Virus record (IMG/VR): IMGVR_UViG_2585427792_000002
Origin: a virus
Lineage: Duplodnaviria > Heunggongvirae > Uroviricota > Caudoviricetes
Direction: 5' to 3' (one strand)
Length of the DNA: 29,926 nt
Part shown: one piece after another, positions 1 to 7,272 of the stretch
How positions within the stretch are numbered: position 1 is the stretch's first letter
Layout: each line of letters opens with the position of its first letter
Notes under the pieces: generated by a model
Told to the model about the DNA's origin: nothing
Databases searched by the model: none
Seen by the model: the letters and a program-made list of their open reading frames with translations, nothing else
Position numbers and translations under genes: made by a program

Positions 1-82
1 CGGCCTCACGAAACATCTTTTCATCGCCAATAAAAGTGGCGATAGTGAATTTAGTCTGGATAGCCATAATTGTTTGATCCAT
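1..82 (-). CDS. kil: Kil-like host-killing protein, N-terminal part (gene runs off window start)
   Basis: Minus-strand ATG at 80-82 gives MDQTIMAIQTKFTIATFIGDEKMFREA..., matching my recollection of the lambda Kil N-terminus; start overlaps the cIII 3' end as in lambda. Not in the ORF track because it is truncated. Confidence 0.55.
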   Translation of the reverse strand, partial: MDQTIMAIQTKFTIATFIGDEKMFREA

Positions 83-215
83 TTTTTGGGACTCCTGGCT
101 GATTAAGTATGTCGATAAGGCGTTTCCATCCGTCACGTAATTTACGGGTGATTCGTTCAAGTAAAGATTCGGAAGGGCAGCCAGCAACAGGCCACCCTGC
201 AATGGCATATTGCAT
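51..215 (-). CDS. cIII: CIII, FtsH/HflB protease inhibitor (54 aa)
   Basis: Manual translation of the minus strand from ATG at 213-215 gives MQYAIAGWPVAGCPSESLLERITRKLRDGWKRLIDILNQPGVPKNGSNNYGYPD, stop at 51-53; matches lambda CIII from memory. AAGGAG Shine-Dalgarno upstream. Confidence 0.85.
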   Translation of the reverse strand: MQYAIAGWPVAGCPSESLLERITRKLRDGWKRLIDILNQPGVPKNGSNNYGYPD

Positions 216-287
216 GGTGTGCTCCTTATTTATACATAACGAAAAACGCCTCGAGTGAAGCGTAATTGGTATGCGGTAACGCCGCGC

Positions 288-656
288 TCAGGCGGCCTTG
301 ATAGTCATATCATCTGAATCAAATATTCCTGATGTATCGATATCGGTAATTCTTATTCCTTCACTACCATCCATTGGAGGCCATCCTTCCTGACCATTTC
401 CATCATTCCAGTCGAACTCACACACAACACCATATGCATTTAAGTCGCTTGAAATTGCTATAAGCAGAGCATGTTGCGCCAGCATGATTAATACAGCATT
501 TAATACAGAGCCGTGTTTATTGAGTCGGTATTCAGAGTCTGACCAGAAATTATTAATCTGGTGAAGTTTTTCCTCTGTCATTACGTCATGGTCAATTTCA
601 ATTTCTATTGATGCTTTCCAGTCGTAATCAATGATGTATTTTTTGATGTTTGACAT
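288..656 (-). CDS. ea10: Ea10-like early protein (122 aa)
   Basis: ORF-track protein of 122 aa lying between ral and cIII on the pL-direction strand, which is the position and length of lambda ea10. Confidence 0.6.
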   Translation of the reverse strand: MSNIKKYIIDYDWKASIEIEIDHDVMTEEKLHQINNFWSDSEYRLNKHGSVLNAVLIMLAQHALLIAISSDLNAYGVVCEFDWNDGNGQEGWPPMDGSEGIRITDIDTSGIFDSDDMTIKAA

Positions 657-675
657 CTATTCATATCCTCATAGA

Positions 676-702
676 TAAAAAATCGCCCTCACACTGGAGG
701 GC
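676..702 (-). terminator. Putative intrinsic terminator in the pL operon (between ral and ea10)
   Basis: Plus-strand GCCCTC(685-690)/GAGGGC(697-702) stem with 6-nt loop; on the minus-strand transcript the hairpin is followed by a U-run (complement of A-run 676-681). Confidence 0.4.
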
Positions 703-838
703 AAAGAAGATTTCCAATAATCAGAACAAGTCGGCTCCTGTTTAGTTACGAGCGACATTGCTCCGTGTATTCACTCGTTGGAATGAATACACAGTGCAGT
801 GTTTATTCTGTTATTTATGCCAAAAATAAAGGCCACTA

Positions 839-1039
839 TCAGGCAGCTTTGTTGTTCTGTTTACCAAGTTCTCTGGCAATCATTGCCGTCGTTCGTATTG
901 CCCATTTATCGACATATTTCCCATCTTCCATTACAGGAAACATTTCTTCAGGCTTAACCATGCATTCCGATTGCAGCTTGCATCCATTGCATCGTTTGAA
1001 TTGTCCACACCATTGATTTGTATCAATAGTCGTAGTCAT
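839..1039 (-). CDS. ral: Ral, restriction alleviation protein (66 aa)
   Basis: ORF-track protein MTTTIDTNQWCGQFKRCNGCKLQSECMVKPEEMFPVMEDGKYVDKWAIRTTAMIARELGKQNNKAA matches lambda Ral from memory. Confidence 0.85.
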   Translation of the reverse strand: MTTTIDTNQWCGQFKRCNGCKLQSECMVKPEEMFPVMEDGKYVDKWAIRTTAMIARELGKQNNKAA

Positions 1040-1109
1040 ACGGATAGTCCTGGTATTGTTCCATCACATCTTGAGGATGCTCTTCGAACTCTTCAAATTC
1101 TTCTTCCAT
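1023..1109 (-). CDS. Small acidic ORF (28 aa) upstream of ral, lambda orf28-like
   Basis: Manual translation: MEEEFEEFEEHPQDVMEQYQDYPYDYDY, preceded by AAGGTGA Shine-Dalgarno; overlaps the ral start. Below the ORF-track size cutoff. Confidence 0.35.
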   Translation of the reverse strand: MEEEFEEFEEHPQDVMEQYQDYPYDYDY

Positions 1110-1252
1110 ATATCACCTTAAATAGTGGATTGCGGTAGTAAAGATTGTGCCTGTCTTTTAACCACATCAGGCTCGGTGGTTCTCGTGTACCCCTACAACG
1201 AGAAATCGGATAAACTCTATTCACCCCTACAGAGAGCAAAAGAGAAACGCCG

Positions 1253-1834
1253 ATGAACAACTCATGGTGGCAGGAACTAATGCATTTTTTCCTGCAAGGA
1301 ATGACACTTAAACAGTTGATTCATATGCTAATCATCCTGATCATATTGATTATTGTTATGCCGGTAAGCGTAAAAGAATGGATAAACCTGCATAATCCAG
1401 AAATCCTTCCTCATTACTGGATGTATTACATCCTGTTGTTTTGCGTTAGCTATGTGCTTAACGGCGTTGTTAATTCCGCTTATCACGCTGTGACTGAAAG
1501 AATTGAGGTATTCGCTGCTCAGAAGCGCAAATCTAAAGAAGAAAAATATGTGCAAGATTTGTTTGATTCGTTAACTCTTGGAGAAAGAGCGTATTTGGCA
1601 TTCGCTGTAGCCGCTAATAACCAGCTACAAACGGAAAAGGGCGCTCATGAATCAATTTCATTGCTCAAAAAAGGACTCCTCGTTCGAAGGCCTCCTGCTG
1701 TTGGATATCCTGATACCGACCGTTTCGTTATCCCTGAAAGCTATAGACATGAGTGCTACATTAGGTTTGCCGGGAAGGCAGACAGCCTTATGGATGAACT
1801 TATCGCTCAGGATAAGCATGGCAAAAACAAGTAA
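1253..1834 (+). CDS. sieB: SieB superinfection exclusion protein (193 aa, membrane)
   Basis: ORF-track protein MNNSWWQELMHFFLQGMTLKQLIHMLIILIILIIVMPVSV... matches lambda SieB from memory; hydrophobic N-terminal segment; opposite strand to the pL operon as in lambda. Confidence 0.85.
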   Translation: MNNSWWQELMHFFLQGMTLKQLIHMLIILIILIIVMPVSVKEWINLHNPEILPHYWMYYILLFCVSYVLNGVVNSAYHAVTERIEVFAAQKRKSKEEKYVQDLFDSLTLGERAYLAFAVAANNQLQTEKGAHESISLLKKGLLVRRPPAVGYPDTDRFVIPESYRHECYIRFAGKADSLMDELIAQDKHGKNK

Positions 1835-1850
1835 TTAGCAAATGAATTTA

Positions 1851-2123
1851 TCATCTCGCCGTCAGTTGTTTTGATTTCCGGTAGCCTGCCGCGTAAAGAG
1901 CTACGTTCGGAAGACAAGTTGAACCTTCATATTTTCTGGTCAACGTTGTCAGAGTTATCACTTCTGCTCTCATTGCTGGTTTGAGCTTGCATTGCAAGAC
2001 CACTCGTGAAGGGGTTGGCCTGTGTAGCTTGTCGGAGCTGATCGCCTCCTGACTTTGCAGATTTGCGCGACGAGCTCTACGGCGAGAAGCTGCGGTGCCT
2101 TTAAATTCTGTTTTTCTGGACAT
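1851..2123 (-). CDS. N-like transcription antiterminator with arginine-rich motif (90 aa)
   Basis: First gene downstream of the nutL-like site on the pL strand. Internal ATG at 2121-2123 is preceded by a GGGAGGA Shine-Dalgarno and gives MSRKTEFKGTAASRRRARRANLQ..., an N-terminal arginine-rich motif typical of N proteins. Not lambda N. Confidence 0.55.
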   Translation of the reverse strand: MSRKTEFKGTAASRRRARRANLQSQEAISSDKLHRPTPSRVVLQCKLKPAMRAEVITLTTLTRKYEGSTCLPNVALYAAGYRKSKQLTAR

Positions 2124-2221
2124 GGATTCCTCCCGAATAAACTTTGGCGATGCAATCTCGAAGCTCCTCCTGAGACGGTTGCTTCGGCATTGCATCCCAC
2201 AGCTTATGTGGTTGGGTGATC

Positions 2222-2267
2222 TGGCTTTTCAGCCACGTAGTCGAGAGTCGACGTTGTTTAAAGAGCC
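2222..2267 (-). promoter_or_regulatory. nutL-like site: boxA plus boxB hairpin
   Basis: Minus-strand reading: boxA-like GGCTCTTTAAACAA (complement of 2254-2267), 18-nt spacer, then boxB-like hairpin TGGCT-GAAA-AGCCA (complement of 2222-2235). Same architecture as the nutR candidate at 4903-4948. Confidence 0.5.
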
Positions 2268-2289
2268 TGCCAGTCTGTTCCATTTGGCT

Positions 2290-2420
2290 TCCAGCGTCCT
2301 GCTGACGGTTAAATAGTACGATATGTACTTTACAAGATCAATACAATTTGTTGTAAGTTGGCGTGGTTTTTTATAACGCTTTGTATTTAATAGTGTTGTT
2401 TTTTAGCGTGGATGTATTGC
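2290..2420 (-). promoter_or_regulatory. Probable pL promoter / OL operator region
   Basis: AT-rich intergenic DNA between the cargo-operon terminator and nutL. Contains ATATGTACTTTACAAG and the palindrome TACAAtttgTTGTA; the ATATGTACTTT motif recurs (reverse complement) in the OR region. Exact -35/-10 not resolved. Confidence 0.3.
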
Positions 2421-2527
2421 CTCGGCGATGTAAGGAGAGATCAGAATTGCGTGGTTTAGTGGGTTGCATCTATTTATTTTTCAATAAATATAATTGGTTA
2501 TGTGTTTTTAGGTGGGCGAACGTGAGG

Positions 2528-2554
2528 CAAAGAAAACCCGGCGCTGAGGCCGGG
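2528..2554 (-). terminator. Intrinsic terminator ending the cI-cargo operon
   Basis: Plus-strand CCCGGC(2537-2542)/GCCGGG(2549-2554) stem with 6-nt loop; on the minus-strand transcript it is followed by UUUUCUUUG (complement of 2528-2536). Lies just 3' of the 250-aa gene stop at 2560. Confidence 0.5.
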
Positions 2555-2559
2555 GTGTA

Positions 2560-3312
2560 TTATGCTGCAAGTCTCTTAACCCAAGTCTCTCTTTTGGAGA
2601 ATGGTAGAACTTGGCTTGATTCATGGAAGAGTAAGGAGAGTTGTTGCATTTGATCACCAATTGCTTCGCTGTCTATAACAACAAATCTGTTGTTATACTC
2701 CTCACTTGAAGCTTTAAGATCAATTAGTTTCCCAAGCAATGAGTAAGCACTATTCCAGCTTCCTCCGTGTTTCACGCTTGATGTAAAAACGTATTTAGGT
2801 ATGTCGGTTTTTATTGTTACAGGGACGGTAATTTGATGTCCACTCAAGCCATATACGTTTTCACGAAGAGAAAGTGCGTCTCTAAGCTCTGTGTGATATA
2901 GATAATCAATAACCATACTTTCAAACTTTTCAGCTTGAACTGGCTGATACCAGTCTAACGACAAAGTTGATGCGAGTATACCAGCTCTAATTATGTTCGA
3001 TGTAATCGCACCGACATCCTTTTCTGTTGCCCAAGCAATGATTTCTCCTCGAGCATTGAGTTCTGCGCCTTCTTTAAGCAGTAATTGTCGTATCTCATCA
3101 AGTCGTTTTTTGGTAAGCGAGATCCCTCTTGCCTCCATATTCATTAAGGCATCGCATCTGTCACTAACTAAATACCTACCATTGACTTCACGGATAAAGG
3201 CACCGACATGCTCTCCATCATCACAGTAAGTGAATGGACTGATAATTCTCAAGGTCTTGCCTATTGGATGGCATTCGAAACCTAGTTGTGAGATCACTGT
3301 TGAGCACATCAT
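2560..3312 (-). CDS. Hypothetical protein (250 aa), distal gene of two-gene cargo operon in the rex slot
   Basis: ORF-track ORF; ATGATG start overlaps the TGA stop of the upstream 185-aa ORF (translational coupling); AT-rich relative to flanking phage genes; no family I can recognise from sequence. Confidence 0.75.
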   Translation of the reverse strand: MMCSTVISQLGFECHPIGKTLRIISPFTYCDDGEHVGAFIREVNGRYLVSDRCDALMNMEARGISLTKKRLDEIRQLLLKEGAELNARGEIIAWATEKDVGAITSNIIRAGILASTLSLDWYQPVQAEKFESMVIDYLYHTELRDALSLRENVYGLSGHQITVPVTIKTDIPKYVFTSSVKHGGSWNSAYSLLGKLIDLKASSEEYNNRFVVIDSEAIGDQMQQLSLLFHESSQVLPFSKRETWVKRLAA

Positions 3313-3866
3313 ATTCCAAACCCCATTTGCCCCGACTCATCTTCAAGCGGTAAAGGTATTCTCCCAGAGTAAGTTATGTTCAGATGTTTACAGAAGTAAT
3401 TCCAATACCCTACCAGGTCATCTGGGTTTATGTCATCTTCGATTGGAAACGCTATTCTATCACTATAGTATCCAGCTTCTTCATAGTATACATGGTAGTG
3501 AGCACCGTAAATGATATCTTGGTACTTCGGATGATCGACCTTGTAACTATTCGTGTGTTTGTCAAAGTGATAGGTATCTACCGCGAAAACCCTCTTGTTA
3601 TGATAGAAAGCAATAATATTTATTTTAGGGTAAGAAATCGGGTCATCAGGTTCTGAATCCTGATCTGGTTTCCATTTCAGTTCAAACTTTAGCCCTTGTA
3701 TAGGTATACAATCCTCATCCAAGGGGATGATATGGGCTTGTAGCCACATATCAGAGCGACTTGGTTTCTGTTTCCATTTAACGCCAGAAAAGTTAACTAT
3801 TTTTTTACAATAAAGTACTTTATCAACTTCTACTTGGCTTGGCTGATAATCATCTATTTTTGCCAA
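3309..3866 (-). CDS. Hypothetical protein (185 aa as drawn), proximal gene of two-gene cargo operon
   Basis: ORF-track ORF immediately downstream of cI on the same strand. Drawn start is TTG at 3864-3866; the first in-frame ATG is 39 codons later (codon at 3747-3749), so the start is uncertain. Asp/Tyr/His-rich; no recognisable family. Confidence 0.7.
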   Translation of the reverse strand: MAKIDDYQPSQVEVDKVLYCKKIVNFSGVKWKQKPSRSDMWLQAHIIPLDEDCIPIQGLKFELKWKPDQDSEPDDPISYPKINIIAFYHNKRVFAVDTYHFDKHTNSYKVDHPKYQDIIYGAHYHVYYEEAGYYSDRIAFPIEDDINPDDLVGYWNYFCKHLNITYSGRIPLPLEDESGQMGFGI

Positions 3867-3905
3867 TGTTTACCGCCCTGTAAATTGTAGATAAAAGTGG
3901 TTTCA

Positions 3906-4565
3906 TCACCCAAACGTCTCTTCAGGCCATTGGCTGGCGATAACTTTCCCCACAACGGAACAACTCTCATTGCATGGGATCATTGGGTATTGTGGGTTTA
4001 GTGGCTGTAGAAACACCTGACCGCTATCCCTGATCAGTTTCTTGAAGGTAAATTCATCACCACCAAGTCTGGCTATGCAGAAATCGCCGGGCTCAACAGC
4101 TTGCTCAGGGTCAACCAGAATTAACATCCCGTCAGGAAAGCTGGGTTTGGAACCTGTTGGTGCGGTCATTGAGTTACCTTCAACCTCAAGCCAGAATGCA
4201 GAGTCACTGGCTTTTTTGGTTGTGCTTACCAATCTCTCCGCATCGCCTTTGGTAAAGGTTCTGAGTTCTGGAGAGAACATCCCAGCCTGAACATGAGAAA
4301 AAACAGGGTACTCATATTGTTTTTTAACTGGGGCCGATGAGTATTCGCCAACAGGTGAAAATGTCCCGTCGTGGTTGAATGATATGTTATCAATACCAAG
4401 GTATTTAAACACCACACCAATATCACTAAGAGATGGATGACGAGATCCGCGCAACCAGTGTCCAATCCCACCCTGCGTCATACCTAGCTCTTCGGCTAAC
4501 TTCTCTTGAGTTATGCCGAGCTCTTTCATTCTGGATCTAGCCAGTTCATACCATTTCATTTTCAT
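3906..4565 (-). CDS. cI: CI-type prophage repressor (HTH N-domain + LexA/S24-like autocleaving C-domain)
   Basis: C-terminal portion ([26 protein letters not shown]...[12 protein letters not shown]) matches lambda cI from memory; N-terminal domain ([37 protein letters not shown]...) is a different HTH. Start ATG at 4563-4565 chosen for the AAGGA Shine-Dalgarno; ORF track extends to 4607. Confidence 0.85.
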   Translation of the reverse strand: MKMKWYELARSRMKELGITQEKLAEELGMTQGGIGHWLRGSRHPSLSDIGVVFKYLGIDNISFNHDGTFSPVGEYSSAPVKKQYEYPVFSHVQAGMFSPELRTFTKGDAERLVSTTKKASDSAFWLEVEGNSMTAPTGSKPSFPDGMLILVDPEQAVEPGDFCIARLGGDEFTFKKLIRDSGQVFLQPLNPQYPMIPCNESCSVVGKVIASQWPEETFG

Positions 4566-4676
4566 GTCCTTATTATTACGCTCTGTACTGGAACCATCCA
4601 TGCACAATGTGTATTTTTACTTGTATTCGCAAAGTACATATTGTATTTTTTTATTCGTGTTTACTATGGAGGGCAT
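4566..4676. promoter_or_regulatory. OR-type divergent control region (pRM / pR and operators)
   Basis: 111-bp AT-rich spacer between divergent cI and cro starts; contains TTGTA/TACAA half-site repeats and AAAGTACATAT, which recurs reverse-complemented in the putative OL region; GGAGGG Shine-Dalgarno before cro. Confidence 0.5.
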
Positions 4677-4892
4677 ATGAGCAACCTACGAAAATATCGA
4701 GAGTCACTGAATATCTCTCAAACAACACTTGCTAAGGCAGTTGGATGCACACAGGGAGCTATCGGACATTGGGAATCTGGTCGTCGCTTCCCAGACCTTA
4801 AAACATGCCGTGCTCTTGTTGCGTGCCTAAACAAGTTAGGCGCAAAAGTCAGTCTTGATGACGTGTTCCCGCCGGAACACAAAGCCGCTTAA
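4677..4892 (+). CDS. cro: Cro-like HTH repressor (71 aa)
   Basis: ATG at 4677 preceded by GGAGGG; product MSNLRKYRESLNISQTTLAKAVGCTQGAIGHWESGRRFPDL... has an HTH signature; divergent from cI across the operator region. Not lambda Cro. Confidence 0.7.
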   Translation: MSNLRKYRESLNISQTTLAKAVGCTQGAIGHWESGRRFPDLKTCRALVACLNKLGAKVSLDDVFPPEHKAA

Positions 4893-4902
4893 TAAGCGGA
4901 TC

Positions 4903-4948
4903 CGCTCTTTGTAACAACGGACATTCGTCCTACGTCGCTGAAAAGCGA
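4903..4948 (+). promoter_or_regulatory. nutR-like site: boxA plus boxB hairpin
   Basis: boxA-like CGCTCTTTGTAACAA (4903-4917), 17-nt spacer, boxB-like hairpin TCGCT-GAAA-AGCGA (4935-4948). Same loop and spacing as nutL, with a compensatory base-pair change in the stem. Confidence 0.55.
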
Positions 4949-4977
4949 GTTCCAAGATATCTGACCAACTAAGGCCA

Positions 4978-5000
4978 TATGCGTTTCCACGCATACCTTT
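4978..5000 (+). terminator. Possible tR1-like hairpin between nutR and cII
   Basis: Stem TATGCGT(4978-4984)/ACGCATA(4989-4995) with TTCC loop, followed by CCTTTC; weak U-tract, so function uncertain. Confidence 0.3.
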
Positions 5001-5033
5001 CAACTAACTATTCACTATTGGAAATCTTAAGAA

Positions 5034-5330
5034 ATGGAAAGAACAAGTTACAGCAAACTATCACAGCGTGACGTTGATCGCGCAGAAACAGATTTACTTA
5101 TCAATCTGTCAGCTATTACCCAGCGCGGTCTGGCAAAGATGATTGGCTGTCATGAATCGAAGATAAGCAGAACGGACTGGAGATTTATTGCTTCGGTCTT
5201 GTGTGCTTTCGGAATGGCATCAGACATCAGTCCGATTAGCAGGGCTTTTAAGTATGCGCTTGATGGACTCACCAATAAAAAACGCCCGGCGGCAACCGAG
5301 CGTTCTGAACAAATCCAGATGGAATTCTGA
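5034..5330 (+). CDS. cII: CII-like transcriptional activator (98 aa)
   Basis: C-terminus ...LTNKKRPAATERSEQIQMEF matches lambda CII from memory; N-terminal part differs from lambda; position between cro/nutR and O. Confidence 0.8.
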   Translation: MERTSYSKLSQRDVDRAETDLLINLSAITQRGLAKMIGCHESKISRTDWRFIASVLCAFGMASDISPISRAFKYALDGLTNKKRPAATERSEQIQMEF

Positions 5331-5362
5331 GGTCATTACTGGATCAATCCACAGGAGTCATT

Positions 5363-6262
5363 ATGACAAATACAGCAAAAATACTCAACTTCTGCAGAGG
5401 TAACTTTGCCAAACAGGAGCGTAATGTGGCAGATCTCGATGATGGTTACGCCAGACTATCAAATATGCTGCTTGAGGCTTATTCAGGCGCAGATCTGACC
5501 AAGCGACAGTTTAAAGTGCTGCTTGCCATTCTGCGTAAAACCTATGGATGGAATAAACCAATGGACAGAATCACCGATTCTCAACTTAGCGAGATTACAA
5601 AGTTACCCGTCAAACGGTGCAATGAAGCCAAGTTAGAACTCGTCAGAATGAATATTATCAAGCAGCAAGGCGGCATGTTTGGACCAAATAAAAACATCTC
5701 AGAATGGTGTATCCCTCAAAACGAGGGAAAATCCCCTAAAACGAGGGATAAAACATCCCTCAAATTGGGGGATTGCTATCCCTCAAAACAGGGGGACACA
5801 AAAGACACTATTACAAAAGAAAAAAGAAAAGATTATTCGTCCGAGAATTCTGGCGAATCCTCTGACCAGCCAGAAAACGACCTTTCTGTGGTGAAACCGG
5901 ATGCTGCAATTCAGAGCGGCAGCAAGTGGGGGACAGCAGAAGACCTGACCGCCGCAGAGTGGATGTTTGACATGGTGAAGACCATCGCGCCATCAGCCAG
6001 AAAACCGAATTTTGCAGGGTGGGCTAACGATATCCGCCTGATGCGTGAACGTGACGGACGTAACCATCGCGACATGTGTGTACTTTTCCGCTGGGCATGC
6101 CAGGACAACTTCTGGTCCGGTAACGTGCTGAGCCCGGCCAAACTCCGCGACAAGTGGACCCAGCTCGAAATCAACCGTAACAAGCAACAGGCAGGCGTGA
6201 CAGCCAGCAAACCAAAACTCGACCTGACAAACACTGACTGGATTTACGGGGTGGATTTATGA
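5363..6262 (+). CDS. O: Replication initiator O (299 aa)
   Basis: ORF-track protein MTNTAKILNF...TDWIYGVDL matches lambda O from memory and contains the ori iterons in-frame. Confidence 0.9.
   Translation: MTNTAKILNFCRGNFAKQERNVADLDDGYARLSNMLLEAYSGADLTKRQFKVLLAILRKTYGWNKPMDRITDSQLSEITKLPVKRCNEAKLELVRMNIIKQQGGMFGPNKNISEWCIPQNEGKSPKTRDKTSLKLGDCYPSKQGDTKDTITKEKRKDYSSENSGESSDQPENDLSVVKPDAAIQSGSKWGTAEDLTAAEWMFDMVKTIAPSARKPNFAGWANDIRLMRERDGRNHRDMCVLFRWACQDNFWSGNVLSPAKLRDKWTQLEINRNKQQAGVTASKPKLDLTNTDWIYGVDL
5711..5840. other. ori-lambda: four ~18-bp iterons plus adjacent AT-rich unwinding region
   Basis: ATCCCTCAAAACGAGGGA / TCCCCTAAAACGAGGGA / TCCCTCAAATTGGGGGA / TCCCTCAAAACAGGGGGA followed by an A/T-rich stretch (AAAAGACACTATTACAAAAGAAAAAAGAAAAG), inside the O gene. 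Confidence 0.85.
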
Positions 6263-6960
6263 AAAACATCGCCGCACAGATGGTTAATTTTGACCGTGAG
6301 CAGATGCGTCGGATCGCCAACAACATGCCGGAACAGTACGACGAAAAGCCGCAGGTACAACAGGTAGCGCAGATCATCAATGGTGTGTTCAGCCAGTTAC
6401 TGGCAACTTTCCCGGCGAGCCTGGCTAACCGGGACCAGAACGAACTGAACGAAATCCGCCGCCAGTGGGTGCTGGCTTTCCGGGAAAACGGGATCACCAC
6501 AATGGAACAGGTTAACGCAGGAATGCGCGTAGCCCGTCGGCAGAATCGACCATTTCTGCCATCACCCGGGCAGTTTGTTGCATGGTGCCGGGAAGAAGCA
6601 TCCGTTATCGCCGGACTGCCAAACGTCAGCGAGCTGGTTGATATGGTTTACGAGTATTGCCGGAAGCGAGGCCTGTATCCGGATGCGGAGTCTTATCCGT
6701 GGAAATCAAACGCGCACTACTGGCTGGTTACCAACCTGTATCAGAACATGCGGGCCAATGCGCTGACTGACGCGGAATTACGCCGTAAGGCCGCAGATGA
6801 GCTTGTCCATATGACTGCGAGAATTAACCATGGTGAGGCGATCCCTGAACCAGTAAAACAACTTCCTGTCATGGGCGGTAGACCTCTAAATCGTGCACAG
6901 GCTCTGGCGAAGATCGCAGAAATCAAAGCTAAGTTCGGACTGAAAGGAGCAAGTGTATGA
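6259..6960 (+). CDS. P: Replication protein P (DnaB helicase loader, 233 aa)
   Basis: ORF-track protein MKNIAAQMVNFDREQMRRIANN... matches lambda P from memory; start overlaps the O stop. Confidence 0.9.
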   Translation: MKNIAAQMVNFDREQMRRIANNMPEQYDEKPQVQQVAQIINGVFSQLLATFPASLANRDQNELNEIRRQWVLAFRENGITTMEQVNAGMRVARRQNRPFLPSPGQFVAWCREEASVIAGLPNVSELVDMVYEYCRKRGLYPDAESYPWKSNAHYWLVTNLYQNMRANALTDAELRRKAADELVHMTARINHGEAIPEPVKQLPVMGGRPLNRAQALAKIAEIKAKFGLKGASV

Positions 6961-7247
6961 CGGGCAAAGAGGCAATTATTCATTACCTGGGGACGCATAA
7001 TAGCTTCTGTGCGCCGGACGTTGCCGCGCTAACAGGCGCAACAGTAACCAGCATAAATCAGGCCGCGGCTAAAATGGCACGGGCAGGTCTTCTGGTTATC
7101 GAAGGTAAGGTCTGGCGAACGGTGTATTACCGGTTTGCTACCAGGGAAGAACGGGAAGGAAAGATGAGCACGAACCTGATTTTTAAGGAGTGTCGCCAGA
7201 GTGCCGCGATGAAACGGGTATTGGCGGTATATGGAGTTAAAAGATGA
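6957..7247 (+). CDS. ren: Ren (Rex exclusion-resistance) protein (96 aa)
   Basis: ORF-track protein MTGKEAIIHYLGTHNSFCAPDVAALTG... matches lambda Ren from memory; start overlaps the P stop. Confidence 0.8.
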   Translation: MTGKEAIIHYLGTHNSFCAPDVAALTGATVTSINQAAAKMARAGLLVIEGKVWRTVYYRFATREEREGKMSTNLIFKECRQSAAMKRVLAVYGVKR

Positions 7248-7272
7248 CCATCTACATCACTGAGCTAATAAC

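Noticed and set aside
765-1016. Plus-strand ORF (83 aa) from the six-frame track
   Set aside because: Lies antisense to ral and orf28 and begins inside an intergenic hairpin; no ribosome-binding site; ral on the opposite strand matches lambda, so this is a shadow ORF.
1328-1555. Minus-strand ORF (75 aa) inside sieB
   Set aside because: Antisense shadow of sieB in AT-rich DNA; the sieB assignment is strong.
2095-2316. Plus-strand ORF (73 aa) spanning the N start and nutL
   Set aside because: Overlaps the nutL boxA/boxB and N 5' end on the wrong strand for pL-driven expression; considered spurious.
3747-3866. Alternative shorter start (ATG, codon 3747-3749) for the 185-aa rex-slot ORF
   Set aside because: Not rejected outright: the upstream TTG start is kept because it gives tight spacing after cI, but the true start cannot be decided from sequence alone.
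4893-4906. Perfect palindrome GCGGATCCGC immediately after the cro stop
   Set aside because: Overlaps the boxA-like element and lacks a convincing U-tract in a terminator context; may simply be part of the nutR region, so not called as a separate terminator.
5679-5894. Plus-strand ORF (71 aa) in an alternative frame across the ori iterons
   Set aside because: Created by the repetitive iteron sequence inside O; the O frame matches lambda O throughout.
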